A stretch of DNA of 18,142 nucleotides, from IMG/VR virus record IMGVR_UViG_2703718802_000010; one strand, given 5' to 3'. The stretch is from a virus. Its lineage: Duplodnaviria; Heunggongvirae; Uroviricota; Caudoviricetes. The first letter of the stretch is position 1, and each line of letters begins with the position of its first letter. Under the pieces are notes generated by a model, which was given only the letters and a program-made list of their open reading frames with translations, was not told where the DNA came from and did no database searches. The position numbers and the translations under genes are program-made. Below, in pieces: positions 6,415 through 15,249 of this stretch.

Positions 6415-9266
6415 TATGCAAGCCTCACAATGTAGTTAAATGCGATGTTTTTGACGGTGTTTTCCGCGTTACCAGCAGCGTTAACGGTGATGGTGTGTCC
6501 ATGTGAGCCAATCGCAACGGAGTGCGTATGAGCACCAATACCGACAGTATGTGCATGTGCGCCTGCGCTTGCAGCAGTGCCGGACAGCGAGTGGGTATGA
6601 GCACCATCTGATGATGTCTTCCCTGCATTACGAGTCTGGCCACTACCGCTTGTTGTGCTCATAATCCCCGCGCTTAGATTTGAAATCGCGGTATAACCAT
6701 TAGGGAAAATGCTCGTGTTCGTGCCACCAAATGCACCGGAACTCTTGTGTTGGTGCGCACCGGCACTATTTGCGGTCCCGCTAATACTATGGGTATGCGC
6801 CCCGGTGTTATTCGTGGATTTGGTTCCGTAATCAAACGACGATGTGGTTTTCGTCCCCAAATCCGTACTGGATGCGCTGGCGCTGTGGGTGTGCGATTTA
6901 ATGCCGTCCTGTTCCTGAGACAATACGGCCCGACCACTGGCAGGTTTGCCCTTAATCGTCCAGCCACGCATATCAGGGATCACGCCTGACGGATAAGCGG
7001 CTGCAAGTTTCGGGTAAGCAGATTTGTCAAAAGTCTGCCCCTGCATCAGGGCATAACCAGACGGAACGGTATCTGATGGCCACGGGATTGGTGCGCCGAC
7101 TGGGTAGCTTTCTGGTGGAAGATTTTTCGAGGTATAAACTTCTGCCCAGCCTTCCTCAAAACCATAACCGTCTCTTGAAGAACGGTAGAACAGACCACCA
7201 TTTCTGTAATGCGCCTTCATCTGCAGGGTCCGGCAACTTCCGACTCCGGTATAGAAGTTAACCAGAATATAGCTGTCGCCAGAGCGGGTGACATTGTAAG
7301 CGCCTGATTCGGCATTCCAGGGAACGCCACCATCCGCATCGGCATATGTATCCGTTGCCCTTCTGGCAAAAGCAGCCACATGCGCGGCGGTTAAAGTAAT
7401 ATCTTTGGAACCATCAAATGGAACACCGGATATTTTTCTTGCAGTCTGGAGTTTTGTAGCAGTTGCAGCATTACCAGTGGTGTTCTGATTACCCGTAGTG
7501 TTTACACCTGGAAGGTTAATATTTGCAGAACCGTCGAAAACAACTCCACCGATAGATCTTGCCGTCTGCAATTTCGTGGCTGTACTTGCATTACCATTCA
7601 ATGAACCAGTTAATCCACCTGTAACAGACAACGGACCTGAAACTGTTCCTCCGGTTGTTGGCAGTGCTCCAATATCTGATGGTGTAGGTTTCTGATGTGA
7701 GCTATACATCGTATAAACAACACCATAGGTAACGCTGGAAGGCTTACTCGCTGAATATGTTGGCGAGGTATAAACAGAAACTGACGCATTTGCAGTACAA
7801 TCCCAATGGATATTTACACTCGTCGCATAATTGCCAATCTCAACGTAAATATCATATGTATCGCCGGATGTGTTGATCCAGGCGAAATTCGTTAATCCGA
7901 CGGCTGTACGCTTCCACAAAGCCCCGGTAATTCCTTTGGGGTTTCCATTGCCTGCTCGTAGAACCAGTTCTGAAATGCCTGCCTGATGTGGGGAACCGAC
8001 GTTGTAACCAGCGCCACCAATCAATGCGATGTAAACGATGGAACTCGCTTGTGGCATGGTAACCGTAGCCAGTTTGAACCACCCAGCCCCGCCAGAGAAA
8101 GACATCGTTACTGAATTTAAAGTACCAATATCTTTCGGCGTTAATGTTATATCCGCAGTCAGTGCTTTTCCGTTAACTTTTCGGTTAGATGGCACCCTGC
8201 TATTCGCATTGTCATTGGCTGCTTTAACTGCTTTTGGCGTTGCGGCCAGCGATTCACTGGTGCTATCAACAGCACTGCTAAGTTTCACAACACCTTTAGT
8301 TGTAAGGCTTGCGTCTTCCATCGCAACTGCACCGGCAATCTCTTCAGCACGATCAGCAGCAGCTTCCGCACGGGTCGCAGCGGATTCAGCAGTAGTTTTG
8401 CTCTGAGATGCCGCCGTCGCACTGCCAGCTGCCTCTGTCGCCTTCGTGGATGCTGTCGTGGCGCTGCCTTTCGCTGCTGATGCCTGTCTGCTCGCCTCAT
8501 CTTTTGAAGCAGACGCAGATGATGCCGATGACGCCGCCGAACTGGCGGACGATGCAGCTGCCATTTTTGAGGATTCTGCACTGGTTTCCGAGGCTTTCGC
8601 GTTCGTTTCGGATGTCTTCGCTGCGGATGCAGACCTCGCTGCTGCGCTGGCCTGTTCAGCGGCTTCGCCAGCCTTCGTTGTGGCTGTTGAAGCAGACGAT
8701 GCGGCGCTTTCTGCCGATTTTCCGGCGGCGGTGGCACTGGCTGAGGCCTGCCCGGCACTTGTTGACGCGGCACTGGCAGACGACGCAGCCGCTGTTTTTG
8801 AGCCTGCCGCAGCCGAGGCGCTCTGTCCCGCTGCCGTTTCAGAAGACCTGGCGTTTGTCTCAGACGTCTTTGCCGCCTTCGCGGAATTGCCTGCCGCCGT
8901 TGCCGAGGAAGCGGCACTACTGGCGCTTGATGATGCGTTCGTTTCTGATGATTTCGCTGCCTCTTTTGAGGCCGCCGCATCCCGGGCTGAGGTGGCTGCT
9001 TCTGACGCCTTCGTGGTCGCGGCGGATGCAGAAGTGGCTGCTGATTGTTGTGACGCTGCCGCATTCGTTTCTGACGTTTTCGCCGCACCGGCACTGGTAG
9101 CTGCCGCGCTTTTTGAGGACTCTGCAGCAGCAGCACTTTTTGCTGCTTCACGGGCCTTTGTCGATGCCGTTCCTGCGCTGGAAGACGCTGACTGAGCCGA
9201 CGACGCGGCCTGCCCGGCTGACGTGCTGGCGGCACGTGCTGAGCCTGCAGCATCGGTTATTACCAC
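6414..9266 (-). CDS. stf: Side tail fibre protein Stf, 5'-truncated, 950 codons
   Basis: N-terminal Ala/Ser-rich AAKTSETNA-type repeats and C-terminal HxH-rich tip ending [11 protein letters not shown] match lambda Stf. Homology begins at a position equivalent to about lambda Stf residue 135; an in-frame stop lies just upstream (9285-9287) and the GTG at 9266 has no SD, so expression is doubtful. Confidence 0.7.
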   Translation of the reverse strand: MVITDAAGSARAASTSAGQAASSAQSASSSAGTASTKAREAAKSAAAAESSKSAAATSAGAAKTSETNAAASQQSAATSASAATTKASEAATSARDAAASKEAAKSSETNASSSASSAASSATAAGNSAKAAKTSETNARSSETAAGQSASAAAGSKTAAASSASAASTSAGQASASATAAGKSAESAASSASTATTKAGEAAEQASAAARSASAAKTSETNAKASETSAESSKMAAASSASSAASSASSASASKDEASRQASAAKGSATTASTKATEAAGSATAASQSKTTAESAATRAEAAADRAEEIAGAVAMEDASLTTKGVVKLSSAVDSTSESLAATPKAVKAANDNANSRVPSNRKVNGKALTADITLTPKDIGTLNSVTMSFSGGAGWFKLATVTMPQASSIVYIALIGGAGYNVGSPHQAGISELVLRAGNGNPKGITGALWKRTAVGLTNFAWINTSGDTYDIYVEIGNYATSVNIHWDCTANASVSVYTSPTYSASKPSSVTYGVVYTMYSSHQKPTPSDIGALPTTGGTVSGPLSVTGGLTGSLNGNASTATKLQTARSIGGVVFDGSANINLPGVNTTGNQNTTGNAATATKLQTARKISGVPFDGSKDITLTAAHVAAFARRATDTYADADGGVPWNAESGAYNVTRSGDSYILVNFYTGVGSCRTLQMKAHYRNGGLFYRSSRDGYGFEEGWAEVYTSKNLPPESYPVGAPIPWPSDTVPSGYALMQGQTFDKSAYPKLAAAYPSGVIPDMRGWTIKGKPASGRAVLSQEQDGIKSHTHSASASSTDLGTKTTSSFDYGTKSTNNTGAHTHSISGTANSAGAHQHKSSGAFGGTNTSIFPNGYTAISNLSAGIMSTTSGSGQTRNAGKTSSDGAHTHSLSGTAASAGAHAHTVGIGAHTHSVAIGSHGHTITVNAAGNAENTVKNIAFNYIVRLA

Positions 9267-10116
9267 TTCCCGGATCGCTATACGCTATTCCGTTAAAGAT
9301 AATGGGCGGAATAATGATTTGACGGTCAAAGTTATGATCATCGCTGATGGTGACTGTAACCGTCCCGTTTGGTGTTTCCGTATTACCCCACGTACCAGCC
9401 TGTTTCGGGAATGATTTGGATACAGCTTTAACGAAGTCACCTCTGACCTGAGTCGCCTCCAGCATGCCCTTAATCGTACAGTTTTCATTTACCGTGACAT
9501 TGTTGAGCGTCCCGGCGTTCGCATTCACACTGCCACTGATATCCGCATTTTTAGCGGTCAGCTTTCCGTCCGGTGTCAGGGAAAATGCCGGTGGATTTCC
9601 ACCGCTGGTAATGGTGGGGGCCGTCAGGCGTTTCAGGAACACGTCGTTCATGAATATCTGATCGCCCTGACCAACAAACATCGGTTTTGTGTTGCCATTC
9701 GCAGGATTAACCATCGCAATCCTGTCCGCCGCCAGCAGCACCTGACTCTGCATGCCGTCAGGGGTGTTCTCAATATCCACGATGGCCTCTTTTTCCGGTA
9801 CATGCTGCACGGCGGTGATGGCATACGTGCCGTCGTCGTTCTCACGGATACTCACGCAGCGGAACAGGCGCTGGCGCAACGTCGGCAGCTTCAGCCCCCA
9901 TACGCTGTATTCAGCAACGCCGTCAGGAACACGGCTCACTTTCACCTTCACGCCGTCGGTGACGGACTGAACCTCCACGCTGACCGGACTCCCCTGCCCG
10001 TCAACCAGGCTTATCAGCGTGGTGCCGGAAGATGGCAGCGTGATTTCACGGTCGAGCGTCAGCGTCCGGGTCTGGCTGTTTACCGCCAGCACGCGCCCGC
10101 CGGTGCGGATACCCAA
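9148..10116 (-). pseudogene. J: Internal fragment of the tail tip / host-specificity protein J
   Basis: Translation [28 protein letters not shown] ... [12 protein letters not shown] ... [11 protein letters not shown] matches the lambda J C-terminal region as I recall it. It lacks the J N-terminus and most of the protein, and its last ~40 codons read out of frame into stf. Confidence 0.65.
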
Positions 10117-10334
10117 GCTGGAGTGGCGAACGTTTTACCCTTGCTGATGAGGTATTCACTGATTTCGCTGTACCACATGTGGCTGAGTGCATTCTGGGAA
10201 AGACTGCGTCTCTCGCGCCACGGTTTAAGCACCATGCGAAAGCATTTGCCGTCCTCCAGATAAGGCTGGATCTGCCGACCGATAGCGGTGAAGTTACCGC
10301 GATGCAATTTGATACCATCTTGTGGGAGGTTCAC
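10080..10334 (-). pseudogene. NinB/YbcN-family gene, 5' part only (about 72 codons), truncated by fusion to the J fragment
   Basis: MNLPQDGIKLHRGNF ... RSLSQNALSHMW carries the NinB-type RSL(D/S)QN motif. GTG start at 10334 with SD GGAGGTGA upstream. The reading frame runs into the J-fragment sequence around 10117-10125. Confidence 0.5.
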
Positions 10335-10528
10335 GCTTCACCTCCGCAGAGATCAAACGCTGGATGCAAAATATCGCAGGTGCATTTCTGCATCTGTGAA
10401 TGGAGAAGAGAGGTTGGATTGTATGTGCGCATAAACGTCCCCGTTTAGCGCAGAAGTCACCGGAGTTGTTCAGGCCCCAATGGCATGATTATGGCTGGTT
10501 GATTATTGGAAATCAAATGTGCTGAAAA

Positions 10529-11038
10529 TTAGTCTGCCAAGTCTTCCTCAGTCGCAACTGGGTAATTCCAAATATCAAAAAAAGCTATAGCCTCCTGCCA
10601 TTTGCTCCATAAGTTATCAAGTACTTGTGTAGGTTCCGTACTTTTAAAAACAGAATCAGCCGCATCACCGTTATGAACTTCCTCGTACAGTTCCATTATT
10701 AGCAGATTAACAAAGTACTGTTTCAACATTAATGCCTGATTACCTTCTTTCTGCTGGCTATCCTGCTTGATGATCTCCATCGCCCGTACTAGGCACCTGA
10801 TGATATCCGCTGCATCATTAACGCTCCATTCAGATCCGCGCTTATCTTTAGCTGATGAATTGGCTCTCTCAGCGCAAGCCTTTAAAGACTCATAAAGGTA
10901 AACTCTATTTTGTAGCTGCAGCGCTTTTTTTGACGTGTACCAACTTGCAAGCGCCGACCCCGCTGCGGCTAATGTGCCAAACGCAGAAATACCTGCTGCT
11001 ATTGCACTTAAGTCGGCACTGTCAAAGTTCCACATCAT
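10529..11038 (-). CDS. Hypothetical protein, 169 aa, with a single N-terminal hydrophobic helix
   Basis: ORF with predicted transmembrane segment LSAIAAGISAFGTLAAAGSALASWY followed by a hydrophilic domain; AT-rich upstream region. No homology recognised. Confidence 0.5.
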   Translation of the reverse strand: MMWNFDSADLSAIAAGISAFGTLAAAGSALASWYTSKKALQLQNRVYLYESLKACAERANSSAKDKRGSEWSVNDAADIIRCLVRAMEIIKQDSQQKEGNQALMLKQYFVNLLIMELYEEVHNGDAADSVFKSTEPTQVLDNLWSKWQEAIAFFDIWNYPVATEEDLAD

Positions 11039-11296
11039 CGTTACACCTTATATAAATACCCCTCAGTAATATCCAATAAGGTATGTGCACAATCAATATA
11101 ATTTTATCCGTATCGGCACATAGCGATTTGAACGCTACTGGTAATGGTATATTTTAGATTATATCGTCCAGTTTACAGCACCCGTATTTTATGAAATGGA
11201 CTCGCATATTACCCAAAAAATGCCAGCACTTCCGTCATCGTAGAATGCTGGCAGTATTTCTAACTAGTGACTTTATTGGAACAGATTCTGACGGAA

Positions 11297-11596
11297 TTAT
11301 GGTAACACTCGACTCCACTTATCATCCAGCCACGGCTGGAATTTTACATGTGCCGTTTCTCTGGCGAGGATTGCTCGCGCTCTGTTGAGTATCTGGGGAT
11401 ATTCTTGCTCGATAGAAGTAAAGCGGCCGGCTTCGCGGTGCTCCGCAACCTGAAGTAGTGGAGTAACGTTCTGGCAGGCAGTTAACATCACATCACCTGC
11501 TCGCCATAACCAAGCACGTGCACAAAGTTTGTTATCAGTGAATTGTTTTGTGATTGGGTATTGTTGAACTGCTAGAACGAGAACGCCAGCATCCAT
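11297..11596 (-). CDS. Hypothetical protein, 99 aa (possibly a gene remnant)
   Basis: ATG-initiated ORF with a weak SD; no recognisable domain. Confidence 0.3.
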   Translation of the reverse strand: MDAGVLVLAVQQYPITKQFTDNKLCARAWLWRAGDVMLTACQNVTPLLQVAEHREAGRFTSIEQEYPQILNRARAILARETAHVKFQPWLDDKWSRVLP

Positions 11597-11707
11597 TGGC
11601 AGTCCCTATAGTAAAACCATAGCTCAGGACGCTTCGTTCAGGATAGATAATTTTATTGTACTTACCTAACTTTCTTACTATAGCACGGTTGAAAAAGTGA
11701 TTATTAC

Positions 11708-13234
11708 TCAAAAATAAACCTCACCATCAACCATATATTTGAGAGTACTTATCGCCTGCTGGGCGGATATTGTTTTCATTAAAGGATAGTGTTTAAAAAC
11801 AATGCCATTCATAAAATAGATATCACAGGTTTTATTATCTGTATTGATTATGATTTTTTCGAATGTTTTATAGGCAAGTGTACGACATAGCTCTCGCCCA
11901 TTTTTACTGGTTAAGTCAATAGCATGAAAATCACCAAGTGAACTCACCGCTTTACTCTTCAAAGTTTTTAATGATACAGAAGCCCTTCGTAATTCCTTAT
12001 CTAATACTCTGATTTTTTCTGCTATAGCGGTAACTTCAGGCGCAACAGATAATGCAGCAATTAAATTATTAATTTTCATCTGGAGCTCAATAATTTTCAA
12101 CTCTAAAGTTTCATTAGCATCTTTCTTGTTTTCAACTGGTTGGATTTTACTACAATTAAAAAGCAACTCATTAATGATATTATAATCAACCAAATCTCTC
12201 TTTATTGATGGCCTGTCACATCGATGCAGTCTTCTCATCGGACAAACATAATAGCCATGCAAACTTCCAGATACCGCATGAACAATCATGGTATTACCAC
12301 AAGCCTCGCACTTCATAACTGTTCGAAGTAGATTTATCAACATAGGATTTTTGCTACTATTGCTAATACCAAAAGGTGCCAACCGAATTTCCTGCACAGC
12401 GTAAAACAAATCATCTGATATGACTCTGGGATAATAGCCAGCGATTTCACTTATTCCTTTACCTCTTGCACGATATGAAGGTACGCATATACCTATCAGA
12501 GCTTTATTCGCTAATAATTTTTCAATTACAGAAGGTCCCCATGCACTTTCTTTTCCTGAGAAATTCTTTACAGCATGATCATTTAAATACTTGGCTATTG
12601 CATTCAATGAGCGCCTTTCCATCCTGAGTTTAAAAATTAGCTCAATAGTTTTCACCCTGTCGGGGTCTGGAACAAAAGCCGTTCTTTTGTCATCCAATGA
12701 GAGCCATCTCGGACAAGACGCCGTCATAATCGTGCCTGACTCCAGTGCATCCTGCCGTTTTTTCTTCCATGATAATTTAACCCGACTTGACTTTATCTCG
12801 CTTTCTTCATTTGCCCTTTGTGCTATAAGTATGGCTTTTATTAATGAATATGGCTCATTCAATGAGTCAATATTATAGACTGTATTATCGCAAAGAGTTA
12901 TAACATCAATACCGTGATTCAAAATCAATTTCAGACGCTCAATCGCCTCACCGACTTTTTCTCTTGAAAGTCTGTCCAGACTTTCAACTAACAATGTAGT
13001 CCCTGGCAATATATAACCATGTTCTATAGCATCTAAAAATTCCGAAAAAGCTCCTGATTGTGCATGCTTTCCATTGAATGCGCTTAACCCCAAATCTTCA
13101 TACGTTACGGTATCAAGGTAATAATCACTATTTACCTTTAGCCATTCAGTAATAAGCCTTCTCTGGCGGTTTAATGAATCACCAGACATCTGACTTGGTG
13201 ATGAAAATCGCATATATGCTATGGCTTTTTTCAT
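11708..13234 (-). CDS. ybcK: Large serine recombinase (resolvase catalytic domain, recombinase domain, zinc ribbon), YbcK-like, 508 aa
   Basis: N-terminal AIAYMRFSSPSQ ... SLNRQ is a serine-recombinase catalytic motif; C-terminal Cys cluster (CEACGNT ... CPMRRLHRC). Length and adjacency to emrE match my recollection of DLP12 YbcK. Confidence 0.7.
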   Translation of the reverse strand: MKKAIAYMRFSSPSQMSGDSLNRQRRLITEWLKVNSDYYLDTVTYEDLGLSAFNGKHAQSGAFSEFLDAIEHGYILPGTTLLVESLDRLSREKVGEAIERLKLILNHGIDVITLCDNTVYNIDSLNEPYSLIKAILIAQRANEESEIKSSRVKLSWKKKRQDALESGTIMTASCPRWLSLDDKRTAFVPDPDRVKTIELIFKLRMERRSLNAIAKYLNDHAVKNFSGKESAWGPSVIEKLLANKALIGICVPSYRARGKGISEIAGYYPRVISDDLFYAVQEIRLAPFGISNSSKNPMLINLLRTVMKCEACGNTMIVHAVSGSLHGYYVCPMRRLHRCDRPSIKRDLVDYNIINELLFNCSKIQPVENKKDANETLELKIIELQMKINNLIAALSVAPEVTAIAEKIRVLDKELRRASVSLKTLKSKAVSSLGDFHAIDLTSKNGRELCRTLAYKTFEKIIINTDNKTCDIYFMNGIVFKHYPLMKTISAQQAISTLKYMVDGEVYF

Positions 13235-13489
13235 GGTGACACCTGCTAAAGTATGCTTTTATAAACCTTAGTGGTGAGATATGATTTTTGTTTAATTTTT
13301 ATTTAAAAAGACAATTAAGGTCACATTATCTTGAATATACAACAATAATCGTATTGCAATTTTCTTACACCATAATCTTGAAAGCACAAAAGAATGAATA
13401 AAAACTAAAGACATTAACAAAAAGCATAAAACGAGGCCCATATAAATATACGAGCCTCCATATTTTAGTCGTTTAAAAACAAATTATTT

Positions 13490-13822
13490 TTAATGTGGTG
13501 TGCTTCGTGACAATAAATTAATAACCAACACACCGGCACAAATCAACATCATGCCTATAATGGCTGGCAGGTCCAACCGTTGGCCGAAAAATCCCCATGA
13601 TAGTAAGCTAATCAGGACAATACCGACTCCTGACCAGATAGCATAAGCAATCCCTGTAGGAATATAAGCCAGCGTCTGAGCTAATAACCAGAATGATGCA
13701 CAATAACAAATAATTGTACCAACAGATGGCCATAACCGTGTAAAACCTTCTGAAAACTTCATTAAGGTTGTACCAATGACCTCTGCAAGTATTGCACCAC
13801 CAAGATAAATATAAGGATTCAT
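13490..13822 (-). CDS. emrE: SMR-family multidrug efflux protein EmrE, 110 aa
   Basis: MNPYIYLGGAILAEVIGTTLMKFSEGFTRLWPSVGTIICYCASFWLLAQTL ... LSRSTPH matches EmrE. The longer 128-aa track ORF has an upstream in-frame extension that I reject in favour of the MNPYIYLGG start. Confidence 0.9.
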   Translation of the reverse strand: MNPYIYLGGAILAEVIGTTLMKFSEGFTRLWPSVGTIICYCASFWLLAQTLAYIPTGIAYAIWSGVGIVLISLLSWGFFGQRLDLPAIIGMMLICAGVLVINLLSRSTPH

Positions 13823-13889
13823 AGCATATTCTTTCCTGTTCAAACTGGAGAGAATTGTACTACAGTTTGAACTCAACTCACCTGTTTCA

Positions 13890-14192
13890 TCATTGTGTAC
13901 CCATTGATGTTCTTTTATATACCCTCAATACCCGTTTCATCGCGGCACTCTGGCGACACTCCTTAAAAATCAAATTCGTGCTCACCTTTCCTTCCCATTC
14001 TTCTCTGGTAGCGAACCGATAATACACCGTTCGCCAGACCTTACCATCAACGACTAGGATTCCTGCCCGCGCCATTTTAGCCGCAGCCTGATTTATGCTG
14101 GTTACCGTTGCGCCTGTTACCGCGGCAACGTCCTGCGCACAGAATTTCTTATGAGTCCCCAGGTAATGAATAATTGACTCTTTGCCCGTCAT
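13890..14192 (-). CDS. ren: Ren protein (Rex-exclusion resistance), lambda-like
   Basis: MTGKESIIHYLGTH ... VTSINQAAAKMARAG ... VWRTVYYRFATREE matches lambda Ren as I recall it; start overlaps the P stop. Confidence 0.8.
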   Translation of the reverse strand: MTGKESIIHYLGTHKKFCAQDVAAVTGATVTSINQAAAKMARAGILVVDGKVWRTVYYRFATREEWEGKVSTNLIFKECRQSAAMKRVLRVYKRTSMGTQ

Positions 14193-14890
14193 ACCCTTGC
14201 TCCTTTCAGCCCAAACTTAGCTTTGATTTCTGCGATCTTCGCCAGAGCCTGTGCACGATTTAGAGGTCTACCGCCCATGACAGGAAGTTGTTTTACTGGT
14301 TCAGGTATAGCCTCACCACGGTTAATTCGTGCGGTCATACAGGACAGTTCATCGGCAGCCTTGCGCCGTAATTCCGCGTCAGTCAACGCATTGGCCCGCA
14401 TGTTCTGATACAGGTTGGTAACCAGCCAGTAGTGCGCGTTTGATTTCCACGGATAAGACTCTGCATCCGGATACAGCCCGCGCTTCCGGCAATACTCGTA
14501 AACCATATCAACCAGCTCGCTGGCGTTTGGCAGCCCGGCGGTAACGGATGCTTCTTCCCGGCACCAGGCGACAAACTGCCCGGGTGATGGCAGGAATGGT
14601 CGATTCTGCCGACGGGCTACGCGCATTCCAGCGTTAACCTGTTCCATTGTGGTGATCCCGTTTTCCCGAAAAGCCAGCACCCACTGGCGGCGGATTTCGT
14701 TCAGTTCGTTCTGGTCACGGTTAGCCAGGCTCGCCGGGAAAGTTGCCAGTAACTGGCTGAACACACCGTTGATGATCTGCGCTACCTGCTGTACCTGTGG
14801 CTTTTCGTCATACTGTTCCGGCATGTTGTTGGCGATCCGACGCATCTGCTCACGGTCAAAGTTAACCATCTGTGCGGCGATGTTTTTCAT
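14189..14890 (-). CDS. P: Replication protein P (DnaB-helicase loader), full length, 233 aa
   Basis: Near-identical over all 233 aa to my recollection of lambda P (MKNIAAQMVNFDREQMRRIANNMPEQYDEKPQ ... KFGLKGA). Confidence 0.9.
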   Translation of the reverse strand: MKNIAAQMVNFDREQMRRIANNMPEQYDEKPQVQQVAQIINGVFSQLLATFPASLANRDQNELNEIRRQWVLAFRENGITTMEQVNAGMRVARRQNRPFLPSPGQFVAWCREEASVTAGLPNASELVDMVYEYCRKRGLYPDAESYPWKSNAHYWLVTNLYQNMRANALTDAELRRKAADELSCMTARINRGEAIPEPVKQLPVMGGRPLNRAQALAKIAEIKAKFGLKGARV

Positions 14891-15135
14891 AGATCCACCC
14901 CGTAAATCCAGTCAGTGTTTGTCAGGTCGAGTTTTGGTTTGCCGACTGTCACGCCAGCCTGTTGCTTGTTCCGGTTGATTTCGAGCTGGGTCCACTTGTC
15001 GCGGAGTTTGGCCGGACTCAGCACGTTACCGGACCAGAAGTTGTCCTGGCAGGCCCAGCGGAACAGTACACACATGTCGCGGTGGTTACGTCCATCACGT
15101 TCACGCATCAGACGGATATCGTTAGGCGCGATCAC
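14887..15135 (-). pseudogene. O: C-terminal fragment (about 82 codons) of replication initiator O
   Basis: Ends KPKLDLTNTDWIYGVDL, which I recognise as the lambda O C-terminus. The N-terminal origin-binding domain and the ori sequence region are absent; an in-frame stop lies upstream. Confidence 0.65.
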
Positions 15136-15249
15136 TTTCGTCTACTCCATTACAAAGCGAGGCTGGGTATTTCCCGGCCTTTCTGTTATCAGAAATCCAC
15201 TGAAAGCACAGCGGCTGGCTGAGAAGATAAATAACAAACAGGAGGATAT

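Noticed and set aside
6425-7261. Several 60-100-aa ORFs on both strands (6425-6643, 6674-6967, 6747-6989, 7076-7261)
   Set aside because: All fall inside the stf tip-domain coding region in other frames.
8285-9253. 322-aa Arg/Gln/Pro-rich ORF on the minus strand, plus 230-aa and 249-aa ORFs on the plus strand (8408-9195)
   Set aside because: All lie in alternative frames of the GC-rich, low-complexity Ala/Ser repeat region of stf. Their extreme composition is what the repeat codons give in other frames, so they are shadow ORFs, not genes.
6414-9266. Possible CRISPR-like or tandem repeat array
   Set aside because: The periodicity is the coding repeat of the tail-fibre shaft (AAKTSETNA-type units) inside one long ORF. 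There are no spacer-repeat units with constant repeats and no cas genes.
9802-10263. 153-aa plus-strand ORF, and the overlapping minus-strand 90-aa ORF at 10046-10318
   Set aside because: Overlap the J fragment and NinB-like fragment in other frames; no start signals and no homology.
13490-13876. Extended 128-aa version of the emrE ORF
   Set aside because: EmrE is 110 aa and begins MNPYIYLGG; the upstream 18 codons (MSSNCSTILSSLNRKEYA) are an in-frame extension without support.
14383-14978. 63-aa minus-strand and 109-aa plus-strand ORFs, plus 14915-15253 and 14962-15222 plus-strand ORFs
   Set aside because: Shadow ORFs overlapping the P and O' coding regions, which are clearly identified in another frame or strand.
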